Assembly: GCF_009914755.1 (NCBI RefSeq)
Contig: NC_060925.1
From: the human T2T-CHM13v2.0 reference genome, Homo sapiens
Direction: 5' to 3' (one strand)
DNA: 64,000 nucleotides
Under the pieces are notes generated by a model. That model did no database searches, was not told where the DNA came from, and worked only from the letters and a program-made list of their open reading frames with translations. Position numbers and translations under genes: made by a program. Positions 34,560-54,879 of this stretch are shown in pieces; positions within the stretch are counted from its first letter, which is position 1, and every line of letters begins with the position of its first letter.

Positions 34560-35162
34560 TTTCCATCTTGGACTCTCAGCTCCAAATTCCCCCTTTTGGA
34601 CTACTCTGTGAAAATGGATCTGGACCTTTAAATATTTTTTTCCCGGGCTAGCTAGCACTGAAATCTTGCCAGTAGAGGGTGATAGAGAGACACGGGAGAA
34701 GGAGAAGAGGTTGACTTGCCTCTGGGTTCCAGGGTGCTCACTGGGTGGTTCCCCCAGTGCCCCGCTCCTACAGTGACTGCAGCCAGCAGCACCCAGGAGA
34801 CGGAACCTCCCCGCCCAGCCCGGCGCCCGCCAGCCCTGGTGCCGTTTTTATAGCAGCATGCCTCTAGCAATCAAGACACCTGGCACCTCGGAGGGCCGGC
34901 TTCCAGAAGGATTTGCCACAGGGCACCACAACAACTTCTCTGCCATTCAGAGTCACAGCTGCACAGGTCTGGATCTCCGCCTGGGGCCGGCGTGGGGGCT
35001 CTCTCAGTCCTGGGGCTGGTTCACTGGAGTTTTCTTTCTTTGTTACTAGCCAGCCCCTCATGGCTGTAATCCCTTGCTCTAGTAAATAATTCTTTATATT
35101 GAATTTTCTCTGTTCAAATTACTACGTGATTTCTCTCTCCGGACTGGACTCAGACTGATACA
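34560..35162 (+). mobile_element. LTR33-like ERVL LTR
   Basis: 3' end tttctctctccggactggactcagactgataca and internal ccagtagaggg. Confidence 0.6.
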
Positions 35163-35476
35163 AGTATGGACCCCCTAGAAGGAACAACAAATGGAGCTGC
35201 CGTCTATATACACACGTGAGATGGAATTCGTGTTTTAGATCCTTTCCAACACCTGGCTGTCTCAGAGGGCGGAGGACACGGGTCCCACCTCACACGTGGC
35301 AGCCGGCCCTGGCGCAGGCACCTGTTCCCAGCTGAGGCAATCAGAACCCACCTGGGATTTTTTTTCATCCTCGAAGCCAACTTCTCTCGCTTAAACTAAA
35401 GCAGAAAGAGTGTGAGGATGTGACTTCAGAACTGCCTGCTCCATCCCTTGCCCAGGGGGAGGCTTAGAGTCTGATG

Positions 35477-36341
<865 letters not shown>

Positions 36342-37539
36342 TGAAAAAATAAATTTTAAAATTAGAATTAAATGAAAAAACTAAAAAGTAAAAAAAGGGT
36401 ATTCAATATCACATTGATAATTTACTCAATAATGAATCTTTTTATTTTTTCTTACCTAACCTAGGTCGATTTAGGTCTCTGTCTCTGGCAACTGAAAAGA
36501 GACCCAACAAAACATCTTACAGAGCACCAGGGCCAATTCTTGATGCGTCGTTAGATTCTGTGTAGCCAGAAAGCAGAAACAGAAACATATCCAAGCCAGG
36601 CGGAGGAAAAACTTTGAGGCCTGTTTATCCAGGTTCAAGACAATTTCTATTTAAAAAAAAAAAAAAGAAAAAAAGAGAGAAAAAAAAAGCTCATAACAGA
36701 ATAAGTTCAGCTTCTCCTGAGTGTCAGAGCTAAGATCTAACGCCTCTGCTGGTTTCCATGACAACCACCAGCAGCTACAATCATGCCGAACCAAGAACCA
36801 GAGGATTCAGTAACTTTACCTTGATTCTGTGGCCAGATTATTGCCAATTTTAAAAGGAAATGCATAGTGAGCCCCTGTCTCTGTTGTGTCTTCAGTTGTC
36901 CCTTGAAATCTGGATATCTTGACAAGAGGCCAGGGCCTATCCTATCTCATCTCCCCAAGCTAGTGTCCTTCCCAGATGAATTTCTTCTGGCGCTGGTGAG
37001 ATTACTTGGTGACCTAGTTCCGACTACACAAGTTATGCTGTCGTGATTGCTGGGGGTAATTGCTCAAAATAGCTCTCTGATTTGTTTCATAAACAGGCTC
37101 TGTGGCAGGCTCATGTCGTTTTTTCCCCAAAGAAGAGATTCCAGAGACGAGGCCTTCACTGAGAGCTTGCTCCTCTACCTCCTGTGGGTTTCAGGGCTGG
37201 GACGGGGGACACAGAGAATCTGTCTCTCGCGAATGCCAAGTTGAGGTCCTAGCCTGGCTAGGAACTCTTGCATTCCCCTTGCCTCGCTGTAGCCTCCCCT
37301 GGGAACAGATCTTCCAGCAGGGTTGCACCCAGTGATGAGACTGTTGCATGAGGCTCTGCAGTGCTTGGACACAGAACTGCACTGCGGCCTTCCAGATGCT
37401 CAGCTGGAAAACCCCTGAGAACCTGAGGCTTTTCTACAGCACATTAGAGCTTATGACTGGAGAGTGTCTACCGCCTGAGGGCAGGGATGAGATTTTACCT
37501 ATCCTATTCACCTGCTTAGGTGCCCACTTCATCCTAGAC

Positions 37540-40500
37540 TCCCTTCTTTTGCCTCCCTCCCTCCCTCCCTTCCTCCCTCCTTCCCTCTTTCCCTTCCTCC
37601 CTCCCTCCCTCCCTCCCTCCCTCCCTTCCTCCCTCCCTCCCTCCCTTCCTCCCTCCCTCCCTCCCTCCCTCCCTTCCTCCCTCCCTCCCTTCCTTCCCCC
37701 CTCTTTTCTTCCCTTCCTTCCTCCCTCCCTTCCTCCCTCCCTCCCTCCCTTCCTCCCTCCCTCCTTCACTTCCTTCCTCCCTCCCTCCCTCCCTCCCTCC
37801 CTTCCTCCCTCCCTTCCTTCCTCCCTCCCTTCCTCCCTCCCTCCCTTCCTCCCTCCCTCCCTCCCTTCCTCCCTCCCTCCCTCTCTTCCTTCCTCCCTCC
37901 CTTCCTCCCTCCCTTCCTTCCTTCCTCCCTCCCTTCCTCCCTCTCTTCCTTCCTCCCTCCCTCCCTCCCTCCCTCCCTTCCTCCCTCCCTCCTTCACTTC
38001 CTTCCTCCCTCCCTCCCTCCCTCCCTTCCTCCCTCCCTCCCTCCCTTCCTTCCTCCCTCCCTCCTTCACTTCCTTCCTCCCCCCTCCCTTCCTTCCTCCC
38101 TCCCTTCTTCACTTCCTTCCTCCCTCCCTCCCTCCCTTCCTTCCTCCCTCCCTCCTTCACTTCCTTCCTCCCTCCCTCCCTTCCTCCCTCTCTTCCTTCC
38201 TCCCTCCCTTCCTCCCTCCCTCCCTCCCTTCCTCCCTCTCTTCCTTCCTCCCTCCCTTCCTCCCTCCCTCCCTCCTCCCTCCCTTCCTCCCTCCCTCCCT
38301 CCCTCCCTCCCTTCCTTCCTCCCTCCCTTCCTCCCTCCCTCCTTCACTTCCTTCCTCCCTCCCTCCCTTCCTCCCTCCCTCCCTCTCTTCCTTCCTCCCT
38401 CCCTTCTCCTCCCTCCCTCCCTTCCTCCCTCTCTTCCTTCCTCCCTCCCTTCCTCCCTCCCTCCCTCCCTTCCTCCCTCCCTCCTTCACTTCCTTCCTCC
38501 CTCCCTCCCCCCTCCTCCCTTCCTCCCTCCTTCCTTCCTCCCTCCCTTCCTCCCTCCCTCCTTTCCCTCCCTCCCTCCCTCCCTTCCTCCCTCCCTCCCT
38601 CTCTTCCTTCCTCCCTCCCTTCCTCCCTCCCTCCCTCCCTTCCTCCTCCCTCCTTCACTTCCTTCCTCCCTCCCTCCCTCCCTCCCTCCCTTCCTCCTCC
38701 CTCCCTCCCTTCCTTCCTCCCTCCCTCCTTCACTTCCTTCCTCCCTCCCTCCTTCACTTCCTTCCTCCCTCCCTCCCTCCCTCCCTCCCTTCCTTCCTCC
38801 CTCCTTCCTCCCTCCCTCCTTCACTTCCTTCCTCCCTCCCTTCCTCCCTCCCTCCCTCCCTTCCTCCCTCTCTTCCTTCCTCCCTCCCTCCTCCCTCCCT
38901 CCTTCACTTCCTTCCTCCCTCCCTCCCTCCCTCCCTGCCTCCCTCCCTTCCTCCCTCCCTTCCTTCCTCCCTCCCTTCCTCCCTCCCTCCCTCCTTCACT
39001 TCCTTCCTCCCTCCCTCCCTCCCTCCCTCCCTTCCTCCCTCCCTCCCTCCCTTCCTTCCTCCCTCCCTTCCTCCCTCCCTCCTTCACTTCCTTCCTCCCT
39101 CCCTTCCTCCCTCCCTCCCTTCCTCCCTCTCTTCCTTCCTCCCTCCCTTCCTCCCTCCCTCCCTTCCTTCCTCCCTCCCTCCTTCCTTTCCTCCCTTCCT
39201 CCCTCCCTCCCTTCCTCCCTCCCTCCCTCCCTTCCTCCCTCTCTCCCTCTCTTCCTTCCTCCCTCCCTTCCTCCCTCTCTTCCTTCCTCCCTCCCTCCCT
39301 CCCTCCCTTCCTCCCTCCCTCCTTCACTTCCTTCCTCCCTCCCTTCCTTCCTCCCTCTCTTCCTTCCTCCCTCCCTTCCTCCCTCCCTCCCTCCCTTCCT
39401 CCCTCCCTCCTTCACTTCCTTCCTCCCTCCCTCCCTCCCTCCCTCCCTTCCTCCCTCCCTTCCTTCCTCCCTCCCTTCCTCCCTCCTCCCTTCCTCCCTC
39501 CCTCCCTCCCTTCCTCCCTCCCTCCCTCTCTTCCTTCCTCCCTCCCTTCCTCCCTCCCTCCTCCCTTCCTCCCTCCCTCCTTCACTTCCTTCCTCCCTCC
39601 CTCCCTCCCTCCCTCCCTTCCTCCCTCCCTCCCTCCCTCCCTTCTTCCTCCCTCCCTCCTTCACTTCCTTCCTCCCTCCCTCCCTCCCTTCCTTCCTCCC
39701 TCCCTCCTTCACTTCCTTCCTCCCTCCCTCCCTCCCTCCCTCCCTTCCTCCCTCCTCCCTCCCTCCCTCCCTTCCTTCCTCCCTCCCTTCCTCCCTCCCT
39801 CCTTCACTTCCTTCCTCCCTCCCTTCCTTCCTCCCTCCCTCCCTTCCTCCCTCTCTTCCTTCCTCCCTCCCTTCCTCCCTCCCTCCCTCCCTTCCTCCCT
39901 CCCTCCTTCACTTCCTTCCTCCCTCCCTCCCTCCCTCCCTCCCTTCCTCCCTCCCTTCCTTCCTCCCTCCCTTCCTCCCTCCCTCCCTTCCTCCCTCCCT
40001 CCCTCCCTTCCTCCCTCCCTCCTTCACTTCCTTCCTCCCTCCCTTCCTCCCTTCCTCCCTCCCTTCCTTCCTCCCTCCCTTCCTCCCTCCCTCCCTCCTT
40101 CACTTCCTTCCTCCCTCTCTTCCTTCCTCCCTCCCTTCCTCCCTCTCTTCCTTCCTCCCTCCCTTCCTCCCTCCCTCCCTCCCTTCCTTCCTCCCTCCCT
40201 CCCTCCCTCCCTTCCTCCCTCCCTTCCTCCCTCCCTCCCTCCCTCTCTTCCTTCCTCCCTCCCTTCCTCCCTCCCTTCCTCCCTCCCTCCCTCCCTCCCT
40301 CTCTTCCTTCCTCCCTCCCTTCCTCCCTCCCTCCCTTCCTCCCTCCCTCCCTTCCTTCCTTCCTCCCTCCCTCCCTTCCTTCCTTCCTCCCTCCCTTCCT
40401 CCCTCTCTTCCTCCCTCCCTCCCTTCCTCCCTCTCTTCCTTCCTCCCTCCCTCCCTTCCTCCCTTCCTCCCTCCCTTCCTTCCTCCCTCTCTTCCTTCCT

Positions 40501-41205
40501 CCCTCCCTTCTTCCCTCCCTTCCTCCCTCCCTTCCTCCCTCTCTTCCTTCCTCCCTCTCTTCCTCCCTCCCTCCCTTCCTTCCTCCCTCCCTCCTTCACT
40601 TCCTTCCTTCCTTCCTCCTCCTTCCTCCCTCCCTCCCTCCCTTCCTCCCTCCCTCCTTCACTTCCTTCCTCCCTCCCTCCCTCCCTCCCTCCCTCCCTTC
40701 CTTCCTCCCTCCCTTCCTCCCTCCCTCCCTCCTTCACTACCTTCCTCCCTCCCTCCCTCCCTCCCTTCCTCCCTCCCTTCCTTCCTCCCTCCCTTCCTCC
40801 CTCCCTCCCTCCTTCACTTCCTTCCTCCCTCCCTCCCTTCCTCCCTTCCTCCCTCCCTTCCTTCCTCCCTCCCTTCCTCCCTCCCTCCCTCCTTCACTTC
40901 CTTCCTCCCTCCCTCCCTCCCTTCCTCCCTCTCTTCCTCCCTCCGTCCCTTCCTCCCTCTCTTCCTTCCTCCCTCCCTCCCTTCCTCCCTTCCTCCCTCC
41001 CTTCCTTCCTCCCTCCCTCCCTTCTTCCCTCCCTTCCTCCCTCTCTTCCTTCCTCCCTCTCTTCCTCCCTCCCTCCCTTCCTTCCTCCCTCCCTCCTTCA
41101 CTTCCTTCCTTCCTTCCTCCTCCTTCCTCCCTCCCTCCCTTCCTTCCTCCCTCTTTTCTTCCCTTCCTTCCTCCCTCCCTCCCTCCCTTCCTTCCTTCTC
41201 TTTCT
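37540..41205. repeat. Polypyrimidine/polypurine complex satellite of ~3.65 kb (CCT, CCCT, CCTT units with recurrent TTCACTTCC)
   Basis: Almost only C and T on the + strand. The purines are the A of about 29 CACT motifs plus isolated bases (G at ~38937 and ~40945). Confidence 0.97.
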
Positions 41206-41224
41206 TGCTTGCTTGTTTGCTTGC

Positions 41225-41512
41225 TTGCTTGCTTCAGGGTCTCACTCTGTCACTCAGGATGGAGTACAATGGTGCAAACACAGCTCACTGCAACCTCGGC
41301 CTCCTGGGCTCAGGTGATCCTCCTACCTCAGCCTCCCAAGTAGCTGGGATTACAGGTGTGTGCCACCAACACTTGGCTAATTTTTTCTATATTTTGTAGA
41401 GATGAGGTCTCACTATGTTGCCCAGCTGGTTTCAGACTCCTGGGCTCAAACAATCCTTCCTCCTTGGCCTTCCAAAGTGTTAGATTACAGGTGTGAGCCA
41501 CCTTGCCCAGCC
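41225..41512 (-). mobile_element. AluJ whose tail end abuts the polypyrimidine tract through (TTGC)n
   Basis: cagggtctcactctgtc...ccttgcccagcc. Confidence 0.88.
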
Positions 41513-41604
41513 TTTGATACACTTCTTGATTGAAGGAAGAGAGCCAACTTTTATTGAGTACCTATTATGTGCCTGGTGCTTGCATGCATGTCATTACTTT
41601 GGAG

Positions 41605-41850
41605 GCAGTATTGCAGAGTGCTCACAGGCAAGAACTCCAGTATCAGAAAGACCTGGACTTAAATCTCAGTTCTCCCACTTACAGTACTAGCTGTGGAAAC
41701 TTCACTTGTTACTTAACTTTCCTGAGCCTCAGTTTTCTCATCTGTAAAGTGGGAATAATAATAAATCACCTCGTCAGGTTGTTATGAAGATTAAATGAGA
41801 TCATGTATATAAAGCACACAGTAAACATTCAATAAAGTTAGCTATTATTA
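41605..41850. mobile_element. MIR, near full length
   Basis: gttacttaactttcctgagcctcagttttctcatctgtaaagtgggaataata...gaagattaaatgagat. Confidence 0.85.
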
Positions 41851-41984
41851 TTCCAGTTATTAGCAGCCACAAGATATAGGACATTGTTATACAGGAAGTT
41901 TAAATCTTGAAAAGGAAAAGTTCTAGAATGTATAAGCCTGAATATAGCATCTCCTCAAATACTGTTTGGATCAGTGAAAATGCT

Positions 41985-42270
41985 ATTGCCCATGGTGACT
42001 CACACCTGTAATCCCAGCACTTTGGGAGGCCGAGGTGAAAGGATCACTTGAGGCCAGGAATTGGAGACAAGTCTGGGCAATATAGCAAGACCCTGCCCCT
42101 ACCAAAAATTAAAAAATTAGCCAGGTGCCATGGTGCACACCCGTAGTCCTAGCTACTTGGGAGGTTGAGGTGGAAGTATCACTTGAGCCTGGGAGGTCAA
42201 GGCTTCAGTGAGCTGTGATCATACCACTGCACTCCAGCGTGAGTGACAGAGCAAGACCCTGTCTCTAAGA
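41985..42270 (+). mobile_element. AluJ
   Basis: Diverged sense Alu. Confidence 0.85.
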
Positions 42271-42298
42271 GAAAACTAGAAAGTGCCATAGTCTGAGT

Positions 42299-43340
42299 TG
42301 TTGTGGGAAGTCCGGGACTCCGAACGGAGGGACCGGCTGGAGCCGCAGCAGAGGAACATGAATTGTGAAGATTTCATGGACATTTATCAGTTCCCAAATA
42401 ATACTTTTATAATTTCTTATGCCTGCCTTTACTTTAATCTCTTAATCCTATTATCTTTGTAAGCTGAGGATGTACATCACCACAGGACCACTGTGATAAC
42501 TGTGTTAACTGTACAAATTGATTGTAAAACATGTGTTTGAACAAATATGAAATCAGTGCACCTTGAAAAAGAACAGAATAACAGTGATTTTTAGGGAACA
42601 AGGGAAGACAATCATAAGGTCTGACTGCCTGCAGTGTCGGGCAAAAAAGAGCCATATTTTTCTTCTTGCAAGTAGGAGAGATATCACTAAATTCTTTTCC
42701 TAGCAAAGAATGTTAACATTAATACCCTGGGAAAGGAACGCATTCCTGGGGGGAGGTCTATAAACGGCTGCTCTGGGAATGTCTGCCTTATGCGGTTGAG
42801 GAAAGGACTGAGATATATACCCTGGTCTCCTGCAGTACCCTCAGGCTTATTAGGGTGGGGAAAAACTCCGCCCTGGTAAATTTGTGGTCGGACTGGTTCT
42901 CTGCTCTCGAACCCTGTTTTCTGTTGTTTAAGATGTTTATCAAGACAATACATGCATCGCTGAATATAGACCCTTAACAGTAGTTCTGCTTTTGCCCTTT
43001 GCCTTGGGATCTTTGTTGGACCCTTATCAGTAGTTCTGCTTTGCCTTTTGTCCTGTTCCCTCAGAAGCATGTGATCTTTGTTCTGCTTTTTGCCCTTTGA
43101 AGCATGTGATCTTTGTACCTACTCTCTGTTCTTACACCCCTTCCCCTTTTGAAACCCTTAATAAAAAACTTGCTGGTTTGAGGCTCAGGTGGGCATCACG
43201 GTGATATGTGATATCACCCCCAGCGGCCCAGCTATAAAATTCCTCTCTTTGTACTCTTTCTCTTTATTTCTCAGCAGTCTGACACTTATAGAAAATAGAA
43301 AGAACCTACATTGATATATTGTGGGTGGGTTCCCCCGATA
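42299..43340 (+). mobile_element. MER11 (HERV-K11) solo LTR, ~1.04 kb
   Basis: TGTTGTGGGAAGTCCGGGACTCCGAACGGAGGGACCGGCTG...GGGTTCCCCCGATA, with internal gttctgcttttgcccttt repeats and AATAAA. Confidence 0.92.
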
Positions 43341-43355
43341 TCAGTGAACTGCCCT

Positions 43356-43464
43356 TGGTGCTCGGCTGGAGACTGTATATTCCGTGCTTACCATGTGCTG
43401 GGCATGGTGCTTGGCTGGAGACTGTATATTCCATGCTTACTGTGTGCTGGGCATGGTGCTCGGC
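43356..43464. repeat. 49-bp tandem duplication, 2.2 copies
   Basis: The unit tggtgctcggctggagactgtatattcc... starts at 43356, 43405 and 43454. Confidence 0.9.
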
Positions 43465-43790
43465 AACATGGTCCATGACCTTATGAAGTTTAAAATCTTG
43501 TTGCGGAGACAAGGCCAACAAACATAACATTAATCAGCAAATCAAGGCAGGACGCATTGCTGAACTCTACTTCTGGTAGCAAGTGCTACATGAGTTAAGA
43601 GGGAAAAGTAATAACTCAGCACCCGTTATGCTCTAGCTCCTGGATTGGAAACACCACCTTATTTAAGTTTTCATTAATTCTATAAGGTAGACTGGGTGTA
43701 GTCATGTAAGGCATGAAGAAACTCTGACTCAGCGAGGTTCAGTGACTTCCCAAGGACACACAATTACTAAGTGGCTGAGTCGGAACTTGA

Positions 43791-44835
<1,045 letters not shown>

Positions 44836-45060
44836 GGAGTGTGTTTTTAAGTGTTCAGGTACTATAGCAATGAACATGGATCATTGTCCATTTCTTGGCT
44901 CCTGGTAGCACTCAGTCAATGTTTGCTGAAGTGATGGGAAAATCAATGAATAAGCCACAGCACCGGCAGCCAGGACAGGATCCTGCTGAGGACTCAGACC
45001 AGGGGCGTCGCCTCTTGCTCGCGCGCAGGGGAACGAGCCTCACCTTTGACCTTGTCTCAG

Positions 45061-45076
45061 CAGCGCCACCTCGTGG
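45061..45076 (-). promoter_or_regulatory. CTCF motif
   Basis: Minus strand reads CCACGAGGTGGCGCTG, a close match to the CTCF core, in CpG-enriched non-repeat DNA. Confidence 0.75.
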
Positions 45077-45135
45077 TTTCCAAAAGGAACAGCATCATGC
45101 TGGGCGCAGGGGCCCTGCCCTGCGGTGACTGAAAG

Positions 45136-45137
<2 letters not shown>

Positions 45138-45232
<95 letters not shown>
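45138..45232. repeat. (GT)~47 microsatellite
   Basis: Uninterrupted dinucleotide run. Confidence 0.97.
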
Positions 45233-45233
<1 letters not shown>

Positions 45234-45794
45234 TGAGGAGGGCCCTGCGCCTTGCCTGTCAGCTTTATGGAGGTGCCCCAGCTCGCTGGAGGAAAAGAAT
45301 GCTGACCAGTGGCCCGAAAGGATTTTCCCGCATCCACTGGGAATGGGAAGGATCCTGTCAAAAATCCAAAGGGAAATGATACAACCAGGAAGCCTTGGTG
45401 CCCTTACAGGAACAGACAAGCCCCTTTCCCACGCTGTCATGTGGCATGAGGACACTCTCACAACCACAGTCACACACCCGGGAGCCCTGCCTGGCTTCAG
45501 CTGCCCGACATCCCTCGGGAGTCAGAGCAGAGGCGCACACGGAGGGCTCCGGCCTCCAGAGCGTGGCCCAGCGGCCGCAGGGGAAGGGGCAGAAATAAGC
45601 CACCTTCTCTCCAGAACGCTGAGCAGCTCAGGAAGCCGCTCGGGAAAGCACCTCTCTGATCCAGCCCCGAAGGCAGTGCCTTCTTTCTGCCCCTGCTGGG
45701 TCAAGGTTTTCTCAGCCACACCCTAATCCAATCGGTATTCGCAATCCAACTATCACATGTTTGTTAGGGGTTTTTTGTTGTTGGTTTAAATGTT

Positions 45795-46284
<490 letters not shown>

Positions 46285-46583
46285 TTAATTCCTGTAAACA
46301 AATAGATATCAGCAGTCTAATTTGGATGGCTTTGGTCTCAAGAGAGCTAGTAAATGTGTTTGATAGTGCTTACCCAGATATTCCCACTGAACATCAGTTT
46401 CCCTGCCTTGATTCTAGCGTGCATTCCTGGGGAGACAGAGGACGTTGCAGTAAACCGGTCTGGTAGAATTGTGTGAGCCAAGGAGGATGGCAGTCCCACT
46501 CGTCACTGTGCCTACCTACATGATGCTCCTGCTGGGTGTTCAGAACTCATTCTTACCCAAAGGGCTAGATGATGGTGCAAACA

Positions 46584-46873
46584 TTTCTTTCTTTCTTCCT
46601 TTTTTTGAGACGGACTCTTGCTCTGTCACCCAGGCATGATCTTGGCTCACTGCATCCTCTGCCTCCTGGGTTCAGGCAATTCTCCTGCCTCAGCCTCCTG
46701 AGTAGCTGGAATTACAAGCGTGTGCCACCATGCCCGGCTAAATTTTGTATTTTTTGTAGAGACGGGGTTTCACCACGTTGGCCAGGCTGGTCTCAAACTT
46801 CTTGCCTCAAGTGATCCTCCTGCCTCGGCCTCCCAATGTGCTGGGATTACAGGCGTGAGCCACCGCGCCGGCT
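46584..46873 (-). mobile_element. AluS
   Basis: Antisense dimer. Confidence 0.88.
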
Positions 46874-47649
46874 GCAAATATTTCTTTACTGATTCCTTAG
46901 GTAACCCTTCACCTGTGCTTAGACCACCAAGGGTGGGCACCAGGAAACCCCATCTTCCTTTCCCACTCATTCAGTCTCCACTCTCCCAGCTTCCCTCCCA
47001 CAGCCTTCTGTGTTTCATTTGCCTTGGACCCACAGATACCTCAGGGAGGAGCACCACGAAGGCAAACCAACCTCTTTCATATCAACATCCATTGCCACCT
47101 GTTAGTAAGTGTCAAATGGTGTTCTGCATGCTAGAAGATCTCCCTCCCACGGGGTGCCTGTGAGCCTCCTGCTATAGGAGACAGAATTCTGTATGGCCCA
47201 TCCAGGGAGGAGCAACCGAAGGAAAAACAGCAACTGTGGCTCTCTGTGCCTATATTGGATTATGTCCCATAGATGCCCCTTACATCTTCTAATGAGGGAG
47301 TGGCTAGTGGGGCTCCTATTTGCTAGATGTTTCTGCTGCTGGGCTAAAAACCGCTTAGGTGGCCGGGCGGGGTGGCTCACGCCTCTAATCCCTGCACTTT
47401 GGGAGCCGAAGTGGGAGGATTACTTGAGTTTAGGAGTTTGAGACCAGCCTGGGCAACATAGTGAGACCCCCATCTCTACAAAATGAATAAGTAGAGTTTA
47501 AATTAAAAAGAGAAAAAGAAACATGCTTAATCTACTTCTGAGAATGATCTCAGGAAGAGAGTGAAACAGATGGGCTCGGTCTCCTGAGGGAGACAAACAG
47601 GGCTTCAAGCAGGGCTTAGGCTGGGGACGCTGTGTGGAGCAGAGTCACT

Positions 47650-47782
47650 GGCTATTTATAGCCCAAACAGTAAGAAGAGTCGTTATGAAAATGCCCAGAG
47701 GTGCTTTGATCCGGGAAGTACACAAGCCAATCAAAATACGCCGCCTTCGGGCAAGAGGAGCCGGAGAGCGCCATCTAGTGAC
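47650..47782 (-). promoter_or_regulatory. Candidate promoter/insulator: MEF2/TATA, ETS-like core, CCAAT box and CTCF motif
   Basis: CTATTTATAG at 47652-47661, GGAAGT at ~47714, AGCCAATCA at 47725-47733, and minus-strand GTCACTAGATGGCGCT at 47767-47782. Confidence 0.55.
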
Positions 47783-48107
47783 CCCACAAGTTCCCTTCCT
47801 GAAGGAAGTATTCAGTCGGAGAAACCAAGACCCACCTCACAGCGAGGACCAGAGAGACACCTTGGTAAGAGGCCCTGGAAACGAAACACAAAGCGAGGAA
47901 GGACAGTGCACGGGCCTCAGACGCGAAAAACAGGGGTCGGAGTGCCCATCCTACAGGTTGTTTGATAATTAAATGAGATATTTCCTTTTTATATGAAATG
48001 TTTTATGTTCATAAAGATGACAACTAAATAATCTTCATTAACTTAGGAATCCAGCCCTTACTATGTGACACAGTGTGTGCCAATGTATTTATCATTTTGT
48101 TTTATGA

Positions 48108-48920
<813 letters not shown>

Positions 48921-49394
48921 TCAATAAGAACTATTATGGAAATGACATTTACATTTGTATATGTGCCAGATGTATATGAAATAGAATGAAAAAAGGCCCA
49001 AACCCAGCATAACGCACCGTTTCCTGGAATATTAATACATGCCAGGCAGCCTAAAGGTATGTCTCGTGGCAAGCCTGGGTCTGGATGAAACAAAACCTGG
49101 ATTCCTCACAGTTCTGCATAGATTCTTGGAAGGCAGAGATGAGAGTCACTATCAGGCAACCAAAATATAGTTTTCTCTTATGACTTCGAGTCACCTCACT
49201 TATGGAATTTGGAAACTTACATGTGCAGATGACAGTTGGCAACAGCAGAGTGTGTCTCACAGCTAGATGTGGGTGTGTAATTAGCTGGAGGCCATACATG
49301 ATTAAATCAATATGTTTCATTAGATGTCACATGTTAATCCTCCTTACTCATTTTGAGAATATTTTAATTTTCATAATAAATTATTCTGATTATA

Positions 49395-52040
<2,646 letters not shown>

Positions 52041-52044
52041 AGCC

Positions 52045-52555
52045 TGGCACAGCATGTCTGGGCTGAAATCAAGTTGCGGACCAGGCTGAGTTCCCATCTG
52101 GAGGCTCCGGGCAAAATCTGCTTTAAAACTCATTCTTGTCGTTGGCAGAATTCAGTTCCTTGTGGTTGCAAGACCCAGGTTTCCTGGTTTCCTCGCTGGC
52201 TGTCAGCCAGGAGCTGCTTCAGCTCCGAGAGGCTCCCTGCACTCCCGGCCCTGGGGTTTCCTGTATCTTTAAGCCATCAAAGACACATTGAGCCCTTCTT
52301 GAAATTCACATTTCTGGCTTCCTCCGTCTTGATCTCTAGACCAGGATTTAAATGGCTAGGCCCATTTGAGTAATCTCTCAAATTTCAGATAAATTTATTT
52401 GAGACCTTAACTACATCTGTGAAATTCCTCGTCGTTGAAGGTCACATAGCCACAGGAGCGGCAGCTCTTCACATTCACAGGCTCTACCTACATTTACGGG
52501 AAGGAAGTGACACAAGGACAAGGGTCGTTTGGGGATCACCTTAGAATAGTTCCTA
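52045..52555 (-). mobile_element. MLT1-like MaLR LTR fragment
   Basis: gggctgaaatcaag...ttggcagaattcagttccttgtggttg. Confidence 0.65.
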
Positions 52556-52569
52556 CTAAAATCACCAAT

Positions 52570-54670
<2,101 letters not shown>

Positions 54671-54879
54671 AGTGACAAATTGGAAAAGGTCTAAATGTAC
54701 ATCTGTAGGGAAGTACTTAAATTATGTCTACCAGTACTGTGTGGATTTTTTTCGTTAATTTGAATATAATGTGAAATCAGAAAAAAATGGCCATCAAATA
54801 ATGTTAAGGATATTTATTAAGTGCACCAAAACATTATATTCTATACCTTAAACATATACAATTTAAAAACGTTAAGGAC

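Noticed and set aside
37348-41343. 1331-aa Pro/Ser/Leu/Phe ORF and the antisense Gly/Arg/Glu/Lys ORFs
   Set aside because: C/T-only DNA cannot contain stop codons, so long open frames are automatic. The ORF ends in Alu sequence and has no gene structure.
45057-45726. ORFs with (HT)n or (VC)n runs
   Set aside because: They are translations of the GT microsatellite.
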